DNA of 64,000 nucleotides from the IMG/VR virus record IMGVR_UViG_3300035703_000020, positions 85,879 to 149,878 of that record; one strand, given 5' to 3'. The DNA is from a virus. Both the position numbers and the translations under genes were made by a program. Below are positions 17,889-28,260 of the stretch, piece by piece. The notes under the pieces were generated by a model, which was not told the origin of the DNA, did not search any database, and worked only from the letters and a program-made list of their open reading frames with translations. Every line of letters begins with the position of its first letter. Within the stretch, counting starts at the first letter, position 1.

Positions 17889-20800
17889 GCGCTCCTCGAT
17901 CCTCGGGAAGCGCCCGGCCGAGCAGTATTTGGAACCCGGGGAGCTGGCGCTCAACACCAACGCCAGCGACCCGGGCGTCTTCTTTGAGACCAACAACGGC
18001 GAGATCGCCAAGGCCGGCCCGACGTCGATAGGCCCGCAGCCCCCGGTGAGCGAGGTCGGCTACGGCCCGGGCGAGTCGTGGTACGACAGCGGCAACGGCA
18101 CACTCAACCTGTGGGTGCCGGCGCTGGAACAGTGGGTCCCCGTGTCGTCCCCGTTCTTCGGCGGCTCCATCACGGCCATCTTCGTCGGCTCGGAGTTCCC
18201 CCAGGCCACCGACGACCTCTCGAACGACGGCTACGCGCGCCCGTTCGTGTCGCTGAACCGCGCGATGATAGAGGTGGCCAGGCGCTCGATCCTGCGCGGC
18301 CGCCCGGACGACGCGTTCAACGCCAGGTTCTCGGTGTTCCTGCTGCCGGGCAACAACGTCGCCTATAACGAGCCGGGTCTGACCTTCTCCGAGTTCGAGG
18401 CACAGACCGAGGTCTTCGTCGAGGACCAGGCGCTCACGCAGAAGCAGCTGGCCCAGTTCAACTCGCCCACCGGCGGCGTGATCGTCCCGAGGGGCACCAC
18501 GATCTTCGGCCTCGACCTGCGGAAGACGATCATCAACCCGACCTACTACCCGGTCTGGACGCGCGACGCGTACGAGAACGAGCCCGAGACGCTAGCCGCC
18601 CGCTCCGCCGTCCTGCGCTGGACCGGCAACTCGTACTTCACGTCGTTCACCTTCCGGGACAAGGTCTCGGAGTGCTCGGTCACCGAGATCACCGGCCAGA
18701 GCTTCGAGGTCGCCGTGCTGCGCACCCTGCGGCCGCACGGCTTCCGCTCGCTCGTGACCACGCTGGAGGACGAGGACCAGATCCTCGACGGCGACAAGGC
18801 CGAGCTGGTCTACCCCGACGGCATCTCCCGCTTCTACAACGGCGTCCCCACGGTGCCGCAGGAGGAGTACTACGCCGAGCCGATCGACGCCTACCGGTTC
18901 AGGCTGCGAAAGGTGCAGAGCGGTCTCGCCGTGCTCCGCAGCGAGCTGCCGGAGGCGCCCGTGGCCGGCACGTCGCCGAGCCTGTTCCTGAACTTCCGCG
19001 TAAGGCTCGGCACCGCCCACCGCCTCACCGCCATCGAGTACGCGGAGGACCTGGACCTCAACTCCCTCTACGACAAGGTGCAGCGCGCCTTCTCGACCCT
19101 CTCGTTCTCCGGCACGGCGTCCAACGCCGAGATCTCCGGGGGCGAGACCATCATCGTCGCCAGCACGCCAGAGACCCCCAACGTAGAGACCAACAGCGTC
19201 GACAACGCGTCCCCGTACGTCTTCAACGTCTCGCTGCGGTCGCAGTGGGGGATGTCGGGCATGTGCGTCGACGGCGGCGAGATCGGCGGCTTCAAGTCGG
19301 CCCTCAGCTGCAATTACACGGCGGTGTCCGTCAACAACGACCCCGACGTGTACGAGGTCTACGACGACCAGCAGTGGAAGTCACTCCGCGAGGCCTACGC
19401 CGAGTCCGTCGGGTTCCCGGTCTCCGAGACCACGCGCGAGCAGGCGATGAACTACCTCGTGCGGACCGTCAAGACCGACGACATCCGGTTCTTCCTCAGG
19501 CAGGCGTATGACATCCCGGGCCAGGACGGCAAGTCCTCGGGCCAGGTCAGCGAGCTGTCGGACACCCGGCACTACGCGACACTGGCGACGAACGGGGCCT
19601 TCGTGCAGATCGTGTCGTCGTTCGCCATCGGGCTGGCCGTGAACTACTGGACAAAGGCCGGCGGCGAGATCGCCGTGACCAACGCCAACTCCAACTTCGG
19701 CGGCGTCGCCCTCCGCGCCGAGGGCTTCTCCGGCATCGGGACCACCGGCGGCGCGCTCGACCCCGACCGCGGCTTCACCGTGCAGGGCGTGCGGCGCCCG
19801 TCGGTCGTGACGCAGAAGATGGTCGAGGACAGCGTGGTCAAGCGCGCCGTCAACTCGCGCATCGCCTCGACCACGAGCACCACCATCACCCTGGCCGAGC
19901 CCTTCTACGGGCTGACCATCGCCCCGTTCACGCTGCGCAACGGGACCTTCATCTACGTCCAGGACTCGCGCGATGGCACGGAGTACAGGGCCCAGCTGGC
20001 CACGACCGGGGCCGTCGTCAGCGAGGACGGGCTGACGATCTCCGTGGTCGACACGACCAGCCAGATCCACACCGCCATCGTCGGCGGGCTCAACCCGGAC
20101 TTCCTGACGCTGCCCTACATCAAGCGCTTCAAGGACCCGCGCGCGCCGATCGACCGGCAGTACAGCCTCTGGGTGCAGAACACATCGCAGTTCCACCGCC
20201 CGCCGCAGCAGCAGTTCGTCCTCCGCTTCGCCGAGAAGCCCCAGACGGGCGTGGCCAACCTGGTCCGCCCCAACATGCAGCTCGACCCGGGCGAGAAGGG
20301 CGGCTGGGCGCACCTGTTCCAGATCACCGACGCCAGGACCAAGCGCGAGGGCGATAACCCGAACGGGATCGAGCCCCTGATCACGCCGATCGTCGGCACC
20401 GAGAGCTACTACGTGACGATCGCGCTCGTCGACGGCTTCCGCCCGTACGTGACCGTCTCCGACAATGGCTTCACCGACGACGCGACCATCGACCACGCGT
20501 CCGGCCAATACTGCACCTACAACGACCGCCTCTTCTACCCGCAGGACAACGACCTCGCGCCCGCCGCGCTGAAGCTCGACCCCACGAACGACCGCTCCGT
20601 GTGGACGCGCTCGAAGAACTTCGAGCTGTGCTCGCCCGTCGACGAGGCGTGGTACGGCGCTGACTCGCTCAGCACGGCGACGGAGGACGTCTACGTGGCG
20701 GCCTACCCCGAGAACGCCACCTACCCCCGCGGCCTGCAGTACGAGATCCAGGACATGTCGGCCGACCTCGTCGTCGACGAGGACGACGGCACCCCGACCC

Positions 20801-21315
20801 TCGGGATCGTGACGGGCGGCGTCGCCGACGTGGACAAGTACGACCCGTGGTGGTCGCCCTCGAAGCTCTCGATGGCACGCCTGCTGCAGCTGCTCGGCTT
20901 CACGTTCGCGGACATCGGCTCGATGCTGGTCCCGCAGTTGTGGTCCTCGAGGAACCTCCCGGTCACCTCCATGCCCGACGTCACCGGCGGCGGCTACGCG
21001 ATCACCACCGGCACGTGGCCCGTCGAGTTCAACCGGCCGTCGACCATCCGCTGCGGCAACCACACGTGGGAGTGGTGCGGCTACATCAACTACACCAAGG
21101 GCCTCCCGCAGTACCAGACCACCCAGCTGTCCGTGCGCGAGCGCTTCGACTTCATGCAGACGGCCCTCTGGGGCGGCCAGGTGTACTCCACGGGCACGAA
21201 CGAGAAGGGCGAGTACGTCTTCTCGGGTAAGACAGTGGCTGCCGGGACAGGCGACATCCTGCTGAACACCAACGTACCGCTGGTGCCAGCCGCGCCCCCA
21301 GCCCCAATCAGCTAG
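17866..21315 (+). CDS. Large tail fibre/spike structural protein
   Basis: N-terminal QRIQHKRSS..KRP...GELALN resembles the T4 gp37 N-terminus; 1149 aa, beta-rich. Confidence 0.7.
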   Translation: MAQRIQHKRSSILGKRPAEQYLEPGELALNTNASDPGVFFETNNGEIAKAGPTSIGPQPPVSEVGYGPGESWYDSGNGTLNLWVPALEQWVPVSSPFFGGSITAIFVGSEFPQATDDLSNDGYARPFVSLNRAMIEVARRSILRGRPDDAFNARFSVFLLPGNNVAYNEPGLTFSEFEAQTEVFVEDQALTQKQLAQFNSPTGGVIVPRGTTIFGLDLRKTIINPTYYPVWTRDAYENEPETLAARSAVLRWTGNSYFTSFTFRDKVSECSVTEITGQSFEVAVLRTLRPHGFRSLVTTLEDEDQILDGDKAELVYPDGISRFYNGVPTVPQEEYYAEPIDAYRFRLRKVQSGLAVLRSELPEAPVAGTSPSLFLNFRVRLGTAHRLTAIEYAEDLDLNSLYDKVQRAFSTLSFSGTASNAEISGGETIIVASTPETPNVETNSVDNASPYVFNVSLRSQWGMSGMCVDGGEIGGFKSALSCNYTAVSVNNDPDVYEVYDDQQWKSLREAYAESVGFPVSETTREQAMNYLVRTVKTDDIRFFLRQAYDIPGQDGKSSGQVSELSDTRHYATLATNGAFVQIVSSFAIGLAVNYWTKAGGEIAVTNANSNFGGVALRAEGFSGIGTTGGALDPDRGFTVQGVRRPSVVTQKMVEDSVVKRAVNSRIASTTSTTITLAEPFYGLTIAPFTLRNGTFIYVQDSRDGTEYRAQLATTGAVVSEDGLTISVVDTTSQIHTAIVGGLNPDFLTLPYIKRFKDPRAPIDRQYSLWVQNTSQFHRPPQQQFVLRFAEKPQTGVANLVRPNMQLDPGEKGGWAHLFQITDARTKREGDNPNGIEPLITPIVGTESYYVTIALVDGFRPYVTVSDNGFTDDATIDHASGQYCTYNDRLFYPQDNDLAPAALKLDPTNDRSVWTRSKNFELCSPVDEAWYGADSLSTATEDVYVAAYPENATYPRGLQYEIQDMSADLVVDEDDGTPTLGIVTGGVADVDKYDPWWSPSKLSMARLLQLLGFTFADIGSMLVPQLWSSRNLPVTSMPDVTGGGYAITTGTWPVEFNRPSTIRCGNHTWEWCGYINYTKGLPQYQTTQLSVRERFDFMQTALWGGQVYSTGTNEKGEYVFSGKTVAAGTGDILLNTNVPLVPAAPPAPIS

Positions 21316-21362
21316 TATATCCCTAAGCGAAACTTCACTTTGGCCTGTAAAGGTGTCATGCA

Positions 21363-23039
21363 GTGACTACTAACATCCAGCTCCTGCGGTCTTCGGTCGC
21401 CCAGAAAAGACCGAACCCCGCCTCGCTGCTTGATGGTCAGCCCGCGGTCAACATCAACGTTGACGAGCCCGGGCTGTTCTTCAAAGCGACGGACGGCACA
21501 CTCTTCAAGGTAGGCCCGGCCGCCATCACTTCGAGCGGCTCCCCACCGAACGCATCCGCTGTCGGCCCCGTCGGCAACGTGAAGGGCGAGCTCTGGCTCG
21601 ACGGCCGCGCGGCGTACTCCAACGCCGTGATGAAGATCTACAACGGCACCCAGTGGGTACCGGCGAGCGGCTTTCAGGTCAACGACACCACCGGCAACTT
21701 TACGCTGTCGAAGGCCCTGACCGTCTCGACGCTGATCGCGAACGGCTCAGGCGCCAGCAGCTACATCCGGGTGCCGCAGGGCCCGAATACGGACGAGTCG
21801 CTGATCCCGGCTGTCGCCGGCATGATCCGCTTCGACACGACGCTCGACGTGTTCCGCGGCTACGATGGCACCACCTGGTCCGACCTCGGCACCGGTAACA
21901 TCGCCGGCAACCTGACCGTCGGCGGCAACGGTACGATCGCGGGCAACCTGACGGTCGACGGCAGCGTCACCCTCGGCAACGACTGCACGAGCGACATCGT
22001 CACGGTGAACGCCACGGCGAACTTCGCCTGCAATGTGACTGTCGGCAACGCCGCGACCGACACCCTGACCGTCGCCTCGATCAGCGACTTTCAGAACGCT
22101 CTGCGGCTGTCCAACCAGAACGACCTGCGCTTCCACAGCGGCTCCGTCGGCTCCTCGAACTACGTCGGCTTCCAGGCGCCGGGCTCCATCGCGTCCAACG
22201 TGCTCTGGACCCTCCCGGCCCAGGACGGCACCCTCGGGCAGGCCCTGATCACCAACGGCTCCGGCGTGCTGAGCTGGGGCGCCGCCGGTGGCGGCGGTGC
22301 GCAGGTGACCGTGAGCGACAGCGCGCCCACCTCCCCGGCCCCGCAGGAGGGCGACCTCTGGTTCAACTCCGCGTCCGGCCGCCTGTACGTCTTCTACGAG
22401 GACGGCACCAGCGACCAGTGGATCGACGCCGCGCCCAACAGCTCCGGCGCCGCGGCCATCCGGACCCTGGACGACATCTCGGCCTCGTTCGACGGCGTCA
22501 CGTCGACGTTCAACCTCACGATCGGCGGCTTCGCGTTCACCCCGGTGAACCCCCAGCAGCTGATCGTCCACAAGGCTGGCGTCTACCAGGACCCCTCCAC
22601 GGCGTACACCGTGGTCGGCTCGACGATCGTGTTCGCGGCGGGCAACATCCCGACCTTCGGCCAAACGTTCTCCGGCGTGGTCCTCGGCGCGGCGGTGACC
22701 CAGAACACCGTCGCCGACTTGTCGATCAACACGCTGAAGCTGGCCAACCTGGCCGTGACGGACGCCAAGATCGCCAACAACTCGATCACTGGCGCCAAGC
22801 TCGCGCCTGGCTCCGTCCAGGTCTCCAAGCTGAGCATCGACGGCAACCTCCTGCCCAACTCGGACAACGCGTTCAACCTGGGCTCGCCGACGTTCCGCTG
22901 GGCTAACATCTACACGGGTGACCTTCACCTCCAGAACGAGCGCGGCTCGTGGACTGTGATCGAGGAGGAGGAGTTCCTGACCCTCAGGAACAACAAATCG
23001 GGTAAAACCTTCAAAATCGTTATGGAGGCGATCGACTGA
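21363..23039 (+). CDS. Tail fibre protein
   Basis: gp37-like N-terminus, fibre repeats, C-terminal RWANIYTGDLHL. Confidence 0.8.
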   Translation: MTTNIQLLRSSVAQKRPNPASLLDGQPAVNINVDEPGLFFKATDGTLFKVGPAAITSSGSPPNASAVGPVGNVKGELWLDGRAAYSNAVMKIYNGTQWVPASGFQVNDTTGNFTLSKALTVSTLIANGSGASSYIRVPQGPNTDESLIPAVAGMIRFDTTLDVFRGYDGTTWSDLGTGNIAGNLTVGGNGTIAGNLTVDGSVTLGNDCTSDIVTVNATANFACNVTVGNAATDTLTVASISDFQNALRLSNQNDLRFHSGSVGSSNYVGFQAPGSIASNVLWTLPAQDGTLGQALITNGSGVLSWGAAGGGGAQVTVSDSAPTSPAPQEGDLWFNSASGRLYVFYEDGTSDQWIDAAPNSSGAAAIRTLDDISASFDGVTSTFNLTIGGFAFTPVNPQQLIVHKAGVYQDPSTAYTVVGSTIVFAAGNIPTFGQTFSGVVLGAAVTQNTVADLSINTLKLANLAVTDAKIANNSITGAKLAPGSVQVSKLSIDGNLLPNSDNAFNLGSPTFRWANIYTGDLHLQNERGSWTVIEEEEFLTLRNNKSGKTFKIVMEAID

Positions 23040-23434
23040 TGGCGATCAACTTCCCCGCGGCGACCGTTGTGGGACAGACGTACACAGACCCCGCCTCGGG
23101 TAACACGTACGTGGTCGTCGCAGTCGGTCCACCGGCCCAGTGGGTCGGGTCGGGCAGCACCAACAACCTGGACGGAACCTACTTCCGCGTCGACGCATCT
23201 AACGGCCCTCTGGGCAACACGGTCTCGGTGGACGGCAACATCCTCCCCAACACCGACAACGTCCGCAACCTCGGCTCTGTCACGCAGCGCTTCGCGAACA
23301 TCTACACGGGTGACCTCCACCTGAAGAATGAGCGCGGGGACTGGACGATGATCGAGGAGGATGAGTTCCTCACTCTGCGGAGCAACAAGACCGGCAAAGT
23401 GTTCAAGCTCCTCATGGAAGAGGTCCAAGACTAA
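23039..23434 (+). CDS. Small fibre-related protein
   Basis: MAINFP N-terminus plus the shared IYTGDLHLKNERGDW C-terminal module. Confidence 0.7.
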   Translation: MAINFPAATVVGQTYTDPASGNTYVVVAVGPPAQWVGSGSTNNLDGTYFRVDASNGPLGNTVSVDGNILPNTDNVRNLGSVTQRFANIYTGDLHLKNERGDWTMIEEDEFLTLRSNKTGKVFKLLMEEVQD

Positions 23435-23763
23435 TGGCGATCATCAGCACTACATCCCTCATCTCGTCCGTCAACGGTCAGAACCGTCTGGTGGTCGACA
23501 ACGCCGGCAACGTGGAGATCCTGGGTAACTCGTCCCAGGCCGGTACCCTCAAGATCTTCGAGGATAGCGACAACGGCACCAACTACGTTGCCCTGCGCGC
23601 CCCCAGCTCCGTCGCCTCCAACGTCACCTTCACCCTGCCGAACGCGGACGGCTCCGCGGGCCAGGCGATCGTGACCGACGGCGCCGGCAACCTGAGCTTC
23701 TCCAGCAGCCCCATCTCGACGACAGGTAAGTCGATCGCGATGACCCTGATCTTCGCTATCTGA
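23434..23763 (+). CDS. Small fibre-related protein
   Basis: Single YVALRAPSS..LPNADG..TDGAGNLSF module; ends TGKSIAMTLIF. Confidence 0.7.
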   Translation: MAIISTTSLISSVNGQNRLVVDNAGNVEILGNSSQAGTLKIFEDSDNGTNYVALRAPSSVASNVTFTLPNADGSAGQAIVTDGAGNLSFSSSPISTTGKSIAMTLIFAI

Positions 23764-23797
23764 TCAACCCCCTTCATTCCGATTAGAGGACCGAACA

Positions 23798-24190
23798 GTG
23801 CCTATCAACATCGTTAACGTTGCCACCATCAACGGCAAGACCGTCGGCGCAGCCCTGACCGCCGCCGCCCCCACCCCAGCCCAGGCGGTTCTGACCAACC
23901 CCGGAGCTCCGGCAGCTGAGAAGCTGTTCAAGGTCAACTCCGTCTACGTGGCCAACGTCGACGGCACCACCGCGGTGGACGTGACCTGCTTCTTCTACGA
24001 CGCCAGCGCCACCCCAGCCGCGACGAGCTACAAGGTCGCCAACACGATCTCCGTGCCCGCCGACGCCACCCTGGTGCTCGTCGACAAGACCGCGCCCCTC
24101 TACCTCGAGCAGGGCGACCGCCTCGACTTCATCACCTCCGACGCCACCAGCGGCCTCGAGGTCGTGATCAGCTACGAGGAGATCAGCTGA
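23798..24190 (+). CDS. Conserved phage structural hypothetical protein
   Basis: PINIVNVATINGKT..ISVPADATLV..YLEQGD..ISYEEIS pattern common in tail modules. Confidence 0.65.
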   Translation: MPINIVNVATINGKTVGAALTAAAPTPAQAVLTNPGAPAAEKLFKVNSVYVANVDGTTAVDVTCFFYDASATPAATSYKVANTISVPADATLVLVDKTAPLYLEQGDRLDFITSDATSGLEVVISYEEIS

Positions 24191-24225
24191 GCAAGCTGAC
24201 GCAAAGCAAACAAGCAGTCTAATCA

Positions 24226-24735
24226 ATGGCGGACCTGTATTCCCTGCAGGGCCGCGAGCCGGAGCCGCTACCCGAGAAGGTGCGGCTCCTCGACTCCGGC
24301 CTGACCGTCCGTGTCGTCGACGACATGGACCCCGAGATTCTGAAGCAGTGCGGCTACACCGGCCCGCACGCTCCCCTGACGGACTTCGACCAGAACACGC
24401 ACAAGTGCGTGTGGTCCCCCGAGGATACCGCGTACGTGGTGATCGAGAAGAGCTCGATCGAGCTACGCAACGCCGTAAACAGCGCGTGGGCCCAGCTCCG
24501 GGTCGACCGCAACTCCCTGCTCGCCGACAGCGACAAGCGGATCATGCAGTGGCTCGAGAAGGGCCAGCCCGCGCCCGAAGCCTGGCAGAAGTACAGGCAG
24601 GCGCTGAGGGACCTGCCGGCAAACACCGAGGACCCCTTCCGCGTCATGTGGCCGATGGAGCCTCTGCCCGAGCCGCAGTCGGGCGGCGAGGAGAAGCCGA
24701 AACCTAGGACCTCCCGCCGCCGCAAGACCACCTGA
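24226..24735 (+). CDS. Tail fibre assembly chaperone
   Basis: WAQLRVDRNSLLADSD...WQKYRQALRDLP...WP motif. Confidence 0.85.
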   Translation: MADLYSLQGREPEPLPEKVRLLDSGLTVRVVDDMDPEILKQCGYTGPHAPLTDFDQNTHKCVWSPEDTAYVVIEKSSIELRNAVNSAWAQLRVDRNSLLADSDKRIMQWLEKGQPAPEAWQKYRQALRDLPANTEDPFRVMWPMEPLPEPQSGGEEKPKPRTSRRRKTT

Positions 24736-24751
24736 CCTGGGATAGCCCGAA

Positions 24752-25147
24752 ATGTCTTTCACCGTTCAGCACATCCGCTCGGCGGACTACGGCAGGCGCC
24801 CGACGCCCGACTCGCTCGCGGCCGGTCAGCTGGCGGTCAACTACAACTCCCAGTCCGTCGGCCTGTTCTTCAAGACAGACACCGGCGGCCTGGTCAAGGT
24901 GGGCCCCACATTCGTCGGGAACGACCCGCCCCCGCTGAGCAACTACCTCGAGCGGTCAGTGGGCGAAATGTGGCTCGACACGTCCACCAACCCCACGCCA
25001 CTCCTCAAGGTGTGGCTCGCGTCCGGCTGGGCCACGGTCAGCACGCAGGTGACGCAGACGAGCGTCTTCATCCCGCCCACCTCCCCGACCGGTCTGCCGT
25101 CCGGCGCCGTGTGGAATAACAACGGCATCCTGACGATCGTCCCCTGA
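24752..25147 (+). CDS. Small tail protein (gp37-like N-terminal domain only)
   Basis: RS..RRP.P..L..GQLAVN...GLFFK...LVKVGP. Confidence 0.7.
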   Translation: MSFTVQHIRSADYGRRPTPDSLAAGQLAVNYNSQSVGLFFKTDTGGLVKVGPTFVGNDPPPLSNYLERSVGEMWLDTSTNPTPLLKVWLASGWATVSTQVTQTSVFIPPTSPTGLPSGAVWNNNGILTIVP

Positions 25148-25158
25148 GCGCGGTGTAG

Positions 25159-26886
25159 ATGTCGACGCAGATACAGTTCCTCCGCACCGACCAGTCGCAG
25201 CTGCGGCCGGATCCCAACGTCCTCGCCAACGGGATGCCGCTGCTCAACTTCAACGAGCAGGAGCCCGGGCTGTTCTTCAAGGCGAGGGACGGCTCGCTGT
25301 TCAAGGTGGGCCCCACGGCCGTGGGTGGCCTGGCCCCCAATTCCGGCGCAAACGGCTACGCCGGCAACACGGTCGGCGAGATGTGGCTCGACACGAGCGG
25401 CGCCGTCGCTGAGCTCAAGGTGTACGACGGCGCCGACTGGGTGATCCCGGGCGCCGGGGACACTCGCGTGTCCAGCGTCGGGCTCTCGATGCCACCGTCG
25501 ATCTTCGACGTCGAGGGGACCCCGATCACGACCGCGGGCACCTTCGACGTCAACCTGCAGCCCCAGGCGCGCAATCGCTTCCTGGGCGGCCCGACCGAGG
25601 GCTCGGCCCAGATCCCCACCTTCCGCGCGCTCGCCGGCGACGACATCCCCGGCCTCGACGCGACCAAGGTCGTCTCCGGCCTGTTCAACCAGGCCCGTAT
25701 CCCCAGCCTCGACGCAACGAAGATCACGAGCGGGGTGTTCAACAGCGCCCGGATCCCGGGCATCGACGCGACCAAGATAATCTCCGGCGTCCTCCCGTAC
25801 TCCTTCGGCGGCACCGGCGTCGGCGCCTACCCCGGCCCCGGCGAGCTGCTCATCGGCGGCATGTCGACGGGCTGGAACAAGACGACCCTGACCGCCGGCC
25901 CGGCGATCGGCATCACCAACGGGGCGGGGAACATCACCCTGCGCGTGTCCCCTCCCGGGGCGGGCGGCGAGGTGATGTTCAACAACCAGGGGTCGCTTGG
26001 GGCCGACTCGAGCTTCTCGTACGACGGCGTCTCCAACACTCTGCAGCTCGACGGCCAGCTCTGGCTCCGCTCTGGCACCGGGCTCCGGCTGCGCGAGAGC
26101 GGCGGCACGCCGACCCCGGCCCTGTTCGAGTCGGGCAACGGCAACGCCATCACCCTCCGCGCCCCCACGTCGGGCATCGCCGCCCCCTACACGCTGGTCC
26201 TCCCGCCGAGCATCCCGGGGACCTCGGCCGAGAACATCCTCAAGGTCAGCGGGTCCGGGACCCTCAGCTTCACGGACTCCGTGACGCTCAACAACCTGGA
26301 CGTCAGGGACACCCTGGCGGTGCAGAACTCCTCCACCGGGTTCGAGACGCGCGTGCGCGCCGGGTCCGGCCTGGCCTCCAACCTCGACCTTACGCTCCCG
26401 ACGTCGTACGGCGCGTCTGGCGGCTACCTGAAGACGGACCCATCCGGCGTCCTGTCGGTCTCCGAGAACGTCTCCGCGCCCATCGTCGAGCCAGGCCAGC
26501 TGCGCATGATCTCGTCGAGCCCGAGCCGCACGTTCATCTCCGACGTGGCGTCGCTGGCCGTCAGCTCCAACGGGACCTACAACCTGATCGAGATAACTGC
26601 AAACGGCTCGCCGGCGTCGGTGAGCTTCACCGTGTTCGTCCACGACGAGAGCGCCGCGATCGGCACCGGCACGCTGACGGTCTCGTACAACGCGCACTAC
26701 AACGGGTCCGCGGCGGTCCTCAGCGCGGCCGGCAACAAGGTCGACAGCTGGACCGGCACCGAGCCCACGTTCGCCGCGACCTATTCCGGTGGCGTCCTCA
26801 TGGTGCAGACGACGACCGCGAGCGGCAGCAACCAGCTGCGCTTCATGGTCGACTACACCTACGTCATCAACGTCAGCCCGACCTAG
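25159..26886 (+). CDS. Tail fibre protein
   Basis: gp37-like N-terminus plus internal repeats. Confidence 0.75.
   Translation: MSTQIQFLRTDQSQLRPDPNVLANGMPLLNFNEQEPGLFFKARDGSLFKVGPTAVGGLAPNSGANGYAGNTVGEMWLDTSGAVAELKVYDGADWVIPGAGDTRVSSVGLSMPPSIFDVEGTPITTAGTFDVNLQPQARNRFLGGPTEGSAQIPTFRALAGDDIPGLDATKVVSGLFNQARIPSLDATKITSGVFNSARIPGIDATKIISGVLPYSFGGTGVGAYPGPGELLIGGMSTGWNKTTLTAGPAIGITNGAGNITLRVSPPGAGGEVMFNNQGSLGADSSFSYDGVSNTLQLDGQLWLRSGTGLRLRESGGTPTPALFESGNGNAITLRAPTSGIAAPYTLVLPPSIPGTSAENILKVSGSGTLSFTDSVTLNNLDVRDTLAVQNSSTGFETRVRAGSGLASNLDLTLPTSYGASGGYLKTDPSGVLSVSENVSAPIVEPGQLRMISSSPSRTFISDVASLAVSSNGTYNLIEITANGSPASVSFTVFVHDESAAIGTGTLTVSYNAHYNGSAAVLSAAGNKVDSWTGTEPTFAATYSGGVLMVQTTTASGSNQLRFMVDYTYVINVSPT
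25645..25794 (+). repeat. Three 54-bp (18-aa) coding repeats IPxLDATKxxSG
   Basis: IPGLDATKVVSG / IPSLDATKITSG / IPGIDATKIISG. Confidence 0.85.
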
Positions 26887-27632
26887 AAGTCCAGGTCGAC
26901 CTCCTCCTCGCTCGTCTTCTCGAACGAGCCCAACACCCCGACGGGCGTCTCGTATCCCGAGGCGCCCTTCGATCTATTCGCCGCCGCGCAGACGGCGATC
27001 AGCCTGGCGTTGTCCTCGTGGAACATCGGCCAGGCGTCGTTGTACTTGGGCTCCTTGAAGCGCTTGAGGTTCGGCGGCCCGACCAGCGCGAGGTCGCAGT
27101 ACGTCAGCCCTAGCGACTCGACCCACTCGTCGGCCAGCTGCACGAACGGCTTCCCGAGGTGGTCGATGTCGACGCGCATTCCAGGCCTCAGCTGCTTCCC
27201 GGTCACGTAGCACTCGACCGGGTACTGCAGAGTCTTGCGGTAGGAGCGGAGCTGGCAGTCGACGAGCTGGCGCATGGCCGCGCGGACGGCCGTGACGTGC
27301 TTACGCTCCGTGTTCGGGGCCCTCTTGGTGACGCGGGGCGGGTACAGCTGGTCGACGAGCTGATTCTTCGGGATCGGGTACTCCTTCCCGTCCTTGCGCT
27401 TCATCACGGCCATCTTGACCTTGCGCGGGCCGCAGGGCCACATCTTCACCCTCAGCTCCACGTCCGGCTCGTTCGCGACGGTCGAGAACCTGTCGGCCAG
27501 CCGCGCGGCGGTGATGATGAAGTTCCGGGGCTCGCCGATGAGCTTCGACCCGGCGCGGTGGGCCTCGATGATCCGAGACAGCTTGTCCGAGAACTCGCCC
27601 TTGTTGAGGCCGAAGGTCTCCTTTCCGATCAT
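26883..27632 (-). CDS. Hypothetical protein with HNH-like motif
   Basis: The only convincing minus-strand gene; VDIDH...H...VC..AN.SKG; ends EEEVDLDF. Confidence 0.7.
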   Translation of the reverse strand: MIGKETFGLNKGEFSDKLSRIIEAHRAGSKLIGEPRNFIITAARLADRFSTVANEPDVELRVKMWPCGPRKVKMAVMKRKDGKEYPIPKNQLVDQLYPPRVTKRAPNTERKHVTAVRAAMRQLVDCQLRSYRKTLQYPVECYVTGKQLRPGMRVDIDHLGKPFVQLADEWVESLGLTYCDLALVGPPNLKRFKEPKYNDAWPMFHEDNARLIAVCAAANRSKGASGYETPVGVLGSFEKTSEEEVDLDF

Positions 27633-27696
27633 GGTCCTTTACCGCGGCCGGCCGCGGCGCATAATGTGGGCGTATAACGCAGGAAGCGATGGGTCC

Positions 27697-28260
27697 GTGA
27701 GCCACTTCTCCCCCGTCCCGCCGGGAGAGAGGAAGTACGCCCCGAACTACAGGAAGGAGCTGCAGCCGCTCGAGGCCCAGCTTGTCAGGGTCAGCGGCCG
27801 GGTCAAAGAGTTCAGGGACCACCCCGAGCGCTCGGACCTCCGATCGCTGCTCCTGGTGAACCTGATCATAACCCCCGTCCCGAGGGGCAGATCGATCAAG
27901 CTCTCGCACCTGTGGGTGCTCGAGAAGCACGTCAGACGCACCGGGATCGAGCCCAAGCAGGGCCGCAGGGTGACATTCGTCGGGTCGGTCTACGCGTACT
28001 TCAGACTCGGCGGGAAATCAAAGCAGCGCGGGCTTCTGGGCTCGCACGACTTCTCAATCCTCCCGATGCACAGGGACCAGATCGAGACGTTCAAACCAGG
28101 CATAAAACAACGCTATGAAATTGAAGACGAAAGAGCCCTCGACGGCGGAGATGGCGGAGGCGAAGGCCGAGGCGACCGCGTGGGCGAAGCAGCGGCTGTC
28201 GGACCCGCGGACGGTCATCGTCGACGTCGAGACGACCGGCATCCTATCCCGAGACCCTGA
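27697..28260 (+). CDS. Hypothetical protein
   Basis: Start probably GTG 27697 (alternatively ATG 27664) after -10-like boxes; overlaps the exonuclease by 146 nt. Confidence 0.5.
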   Translation: MSHFSPVPPGERKYAPNYRKELQPLEAQLVRVSGRVKEFRDHPERSDLRSLLLVNLIITPVPRGRSIKLSHLWVLEKHVRRTGIEPKQGRRVTFVGSVYAYFRLGGKSKQRGLLGSHDFSILPMHRDQIETFKPGIKQRYEIEDERALDGGDGGGEGRGDRVGEAAAVGPADGHRRRRDDRHPIPRP

